64,000 nucleotides of DNA, taken from an uncultured bacterium (GTDB lineage: Bacteria > Babelota > Babeliae > Babelales > Babelaceae). Under the pieces are notes generated by a model. That model worked only from the letters and a program-made list of their open reading frames with translations, was not told the origin of the DNA and searched no databases. Made by a program: the position numbers and the translations under genes. This document shows, piece after piece, positions 61,940 through 64,000 of this stretch; the first letter of the stretch is position 1; every line of letters begins with the position of its first letter. The DNA lies in the NCBI GenBank assembly GCA_963722385.1, contig CAVRKK010000002.1, positions 480,001 to 544,000 of the forward strand. Direction: 5' to 3'.

Positions 61940-64000
61940 ATGTTTTTTATGCGAGGAATAGCGGTACCTGTTTTTTTAAGTTTAGCGCTTGCTTGCTTAA
62001 TAGGCTCTCGCATGTGCTCTATTTGTCCCGTATCTGGTACAAATTTTGCTTTACCGAAAGGTTCTGTGCTTCCTGGTACCATAAAGTTTTCACCAGATGG
62101 CTCTTACATTGCCACGGCTAATTACACATCAAATGATGTGACAATATTTAAGGTAGAAGCGGACGGAACTCTTGGCAGTGCTCTTTCTTACTCTTTACCT
62201 TCAGGAAGCTCTAATTCTACCGGATTAGCTTTTTCACCTAATGGTTTATATCTTGCTGTTGCTAATAGCGCTTCTAATAAGGTAACTATGTTTACGGTAG
62301 GAGAGAATTGTGTTCTCGCGCAGGGAACTTCTTATGCCTTGCCCTCAGGCGCTACTTTTCCTTTTAACGTTGCCTTTTCACCTGATAGTTTGTATCTGGT
62401 TACTACTAACAGTAGCTCAAATAACGTGACCGTGTTTACCGTAGAAGCAGGTGGCATACTAACAGGAGGGACCTCTTATGCGCTACCTGCGGGATCTACT
62501 AATCCTACAGGGCTAGCCTTTTCTTCTGATGGCCTATATCTTGCTATCGCTAATGACAACTCAAATAATGTAACTATATTTACTGTTGGGTCAGCAGGGA
62601 CCTTGACTGGGGGTATTTCGTACTCATTACCTCCAGGTTCTACCAGACCGGTAACTATAGAGTTTTCTCCCGATCAATCCTACCTTGCTACCGCTAATCA
62701 GGGTTCAAATGACATCACCATATTTAAGGTAAGCGCGGCTGGATTGCTAACAGGAGGAACTTCTTATCCATTACCTTCAGGCTCACTGGTACCTAGACCA
62801 GTACTCTTTGCACCCAATGGCTTACATTGCATGACCGCTAATTATGGCTCAAGCGATGTGACGGTCTTTCAAGTTGAGGCAGGAGGCGTATTAGATAACG
62901 GTATTTCTTACGCATTACCTTCAGGTTCTAACGGTCCCACGACGGCAGCACTGTCTCCCAATGGCTTATACCTTGTTACGGGGGATGCTAACTCAAATAC
63001 GGTAACCCTTTTTCCGGTTGAGTGTCTTACTAACCCACCAGTTTCTTATCCCTTGCCACAAAGCTCTTACCAGCCTGACTCAGTTGCCTTTTCACCTAAC
63101 AGCTTATATCTTGCAACAGCAAATTATAATTCAAGCGATGTAACGCTCTTTGCCGTTAACTCTACCGGTGTGCTCGACAGCCTTTCTTTAGGAACCTCTT
63201 ATCTATTGCCACGAAACTCATTGCATCCCTCTTCGGTTACTTTTTCTTTCGATAGTGCGTATCTTGCGACAAGCAATAGCGCTTCTCATGACGTTACCCT
63301 CTTTAAGCTTATAGCTGGACAATTAACTAATGGAAGCTCATATACGTTGCCTGCCGGATCTACTTATCCTGCATCTTTAGAGTTCTCACCAGATGATTCA
63401 TACCTTGCGGTAGCTAATAGCGACTCAAACGATGTTACCATTTTTGAAGTTGCAGCAGGCTTATTGAGCAGTGCTCTTTCCTACCCATTGCCCCCAGGAT
63501 CTAAGCAACCCCAAGCAGTAGCCTTTGCTCCAGATGGTACCTATCTTGCTACAGCAAACACTAACTCAAGTAATGTAACGCTCTTTAAAGTAACAGAGGG
63601 AACACTTAGCGGCGCTCTTTCTCAAGCCTTGCCTCCAGGATCCAGTGAGCCACGAGCACTTCTTTTTGTGAACTTTTCAAACGGTGGGCTCGGTCTTGCC
63701 ACCGTAAACAGTGGGTCAAACGACGTAACCCTTTTCGATATAGAAGGAGGTACTCTGAATGTAGGACAATCTTTTCCTTTGCCTTTTAATACCAGCAGTC
63801 CCTTATCATTATCGTATCATCATCCGTACCTTGCTACTGCTGATAGTCACACAAATAGGGTGACTCTCTTCATTCTTAATGGGACTAATTTAAACCAAGG
63901 TACTTCTTACTCCTTGCCTGTCCATTCAAATGATTGTGTAGCGATCGCTTTTACGCAAAGTGTACTTACTAACGGGAATTCTTATCTTGCTACGGCAAAT
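61940..64000 (+). CDS. Beta-propeller repeat protein (7+7 blades), runs past the window end; absent from the ORF track
   Basis: RBS AAGGGAG, ATG 61940, signal peptide then ICP; 14 FSP/YLATAN-type repeats; no stop seen and frame consistent at 62942 and 63998. Confidence 0.9.
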   Translation, partial: MFFMRGIAVPVFLSLALACLIGSRMCSICPVSGTNFALPKGSVLPGTIKFSPDGSYIATANYTSNDVTIFKVEADGTLGSALSYSLPSGSSNSTGLAFSPNGLYLAVANSASNKVTMFTVGENCVLAQGTSYALPSGATFPFNVAFSPDSLYLVTTNSSSNNVTVFTVEAGGILTGGTSYALPAGSTNPTGLAFSSDGLYLAIANDNSNNVTIFTVGSAGTLTGGISYSLPPGSTRPVTIEFSPDQSYLATANQGSNDITIFKVSAAGLLTGGTSYPLPSGSLVPRPVLFAPNGLHCMTANYGSSDVTVFQVEAGGVLDNGISYALPSGSNGPTTAALSPNGLYLVTGDANSNTVTLFPVECLTNPPVSYPLPQSSYQPDSVAFSPNSLYLATANYNSSDVTLFAVNSTGVLDSLSLGTSYLLPRNSLHPSSVTFSFDSAYLATSNSASHDVTLFKLIAGQLTNGSSYTLPAGSTYPASLEFSPDDSYLAVANSDSNDVTIFEVAAGLLSSALSYPLPPGSKQPQAVAFAPDGTYLATANTNSSNVTLFKVTEGTLSGALSQALPPGSSEPRALLFVNFSNGGLGLATVNSGSNDVTLFDIEGGTLNVGQSFPLPFNTSSPLSLSYHHPYLATADSHTNRVTLFILNGTNLNQGTSYSLPVHSNDCVAIAFTQSVLTNGNSYLATAN

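Noticed and set aside
61940..64000. Diversity-generating retroelement or invertase-driven shuffling behind the propeller variation
   Set aside because: No reverse transcriptase, site-specific recombinase or adenine-specific template/variable repeat pair is visible in this window.

Overview
AT-rich bacterial chromosomal window. The gene content suggests an intracellular symbiont or parasite of protists, most consistent with Candidatus Dependentiae/Babeliales (TM6); this is inferred from the Sec-type ankyrin proteins and the reduced housekeeping set. Housekeeping blocks: efp-nusB, pth-skp, ssrA-smpB, tsaD, rho, secF-rpmA, polA, priA, orn, uvrC-clpB. Accessory DNA: one intact ISAs1-family element with 10-bp target duplication, TnpB/IS200-IS605 remnants, two toxin-antitoxin loci, two AAA+/DUF4143-type ATPases and several pseudogenes. 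Most notable observations: (1) six putative effector genes (ankyrin, F-box, CE-clan protease, unknown) have a signal peptide ending immediately before Met-Glu or Met-Asn, and the other exported proteins lack this; (2) five copies or fragments of a membrane-anchored beta-propeller family have an N-terminal 48-aa repeat array of 1, 7 or at least 11 units; (3) a translationally coupled sulfotransferase-glycosyltransferase-sulfotransferase operon has a signal peptide on every protein; (4) three 33-bp-periodic direct repeats cover an AAA+ ATPase promoter; (5) a tandem CE-clan protease has one live and one apparently dead domain; (6) an unannotated 48-aa microprotein ends in CCSC. All functional calls come from motif recognition by eye; no database searches were run.
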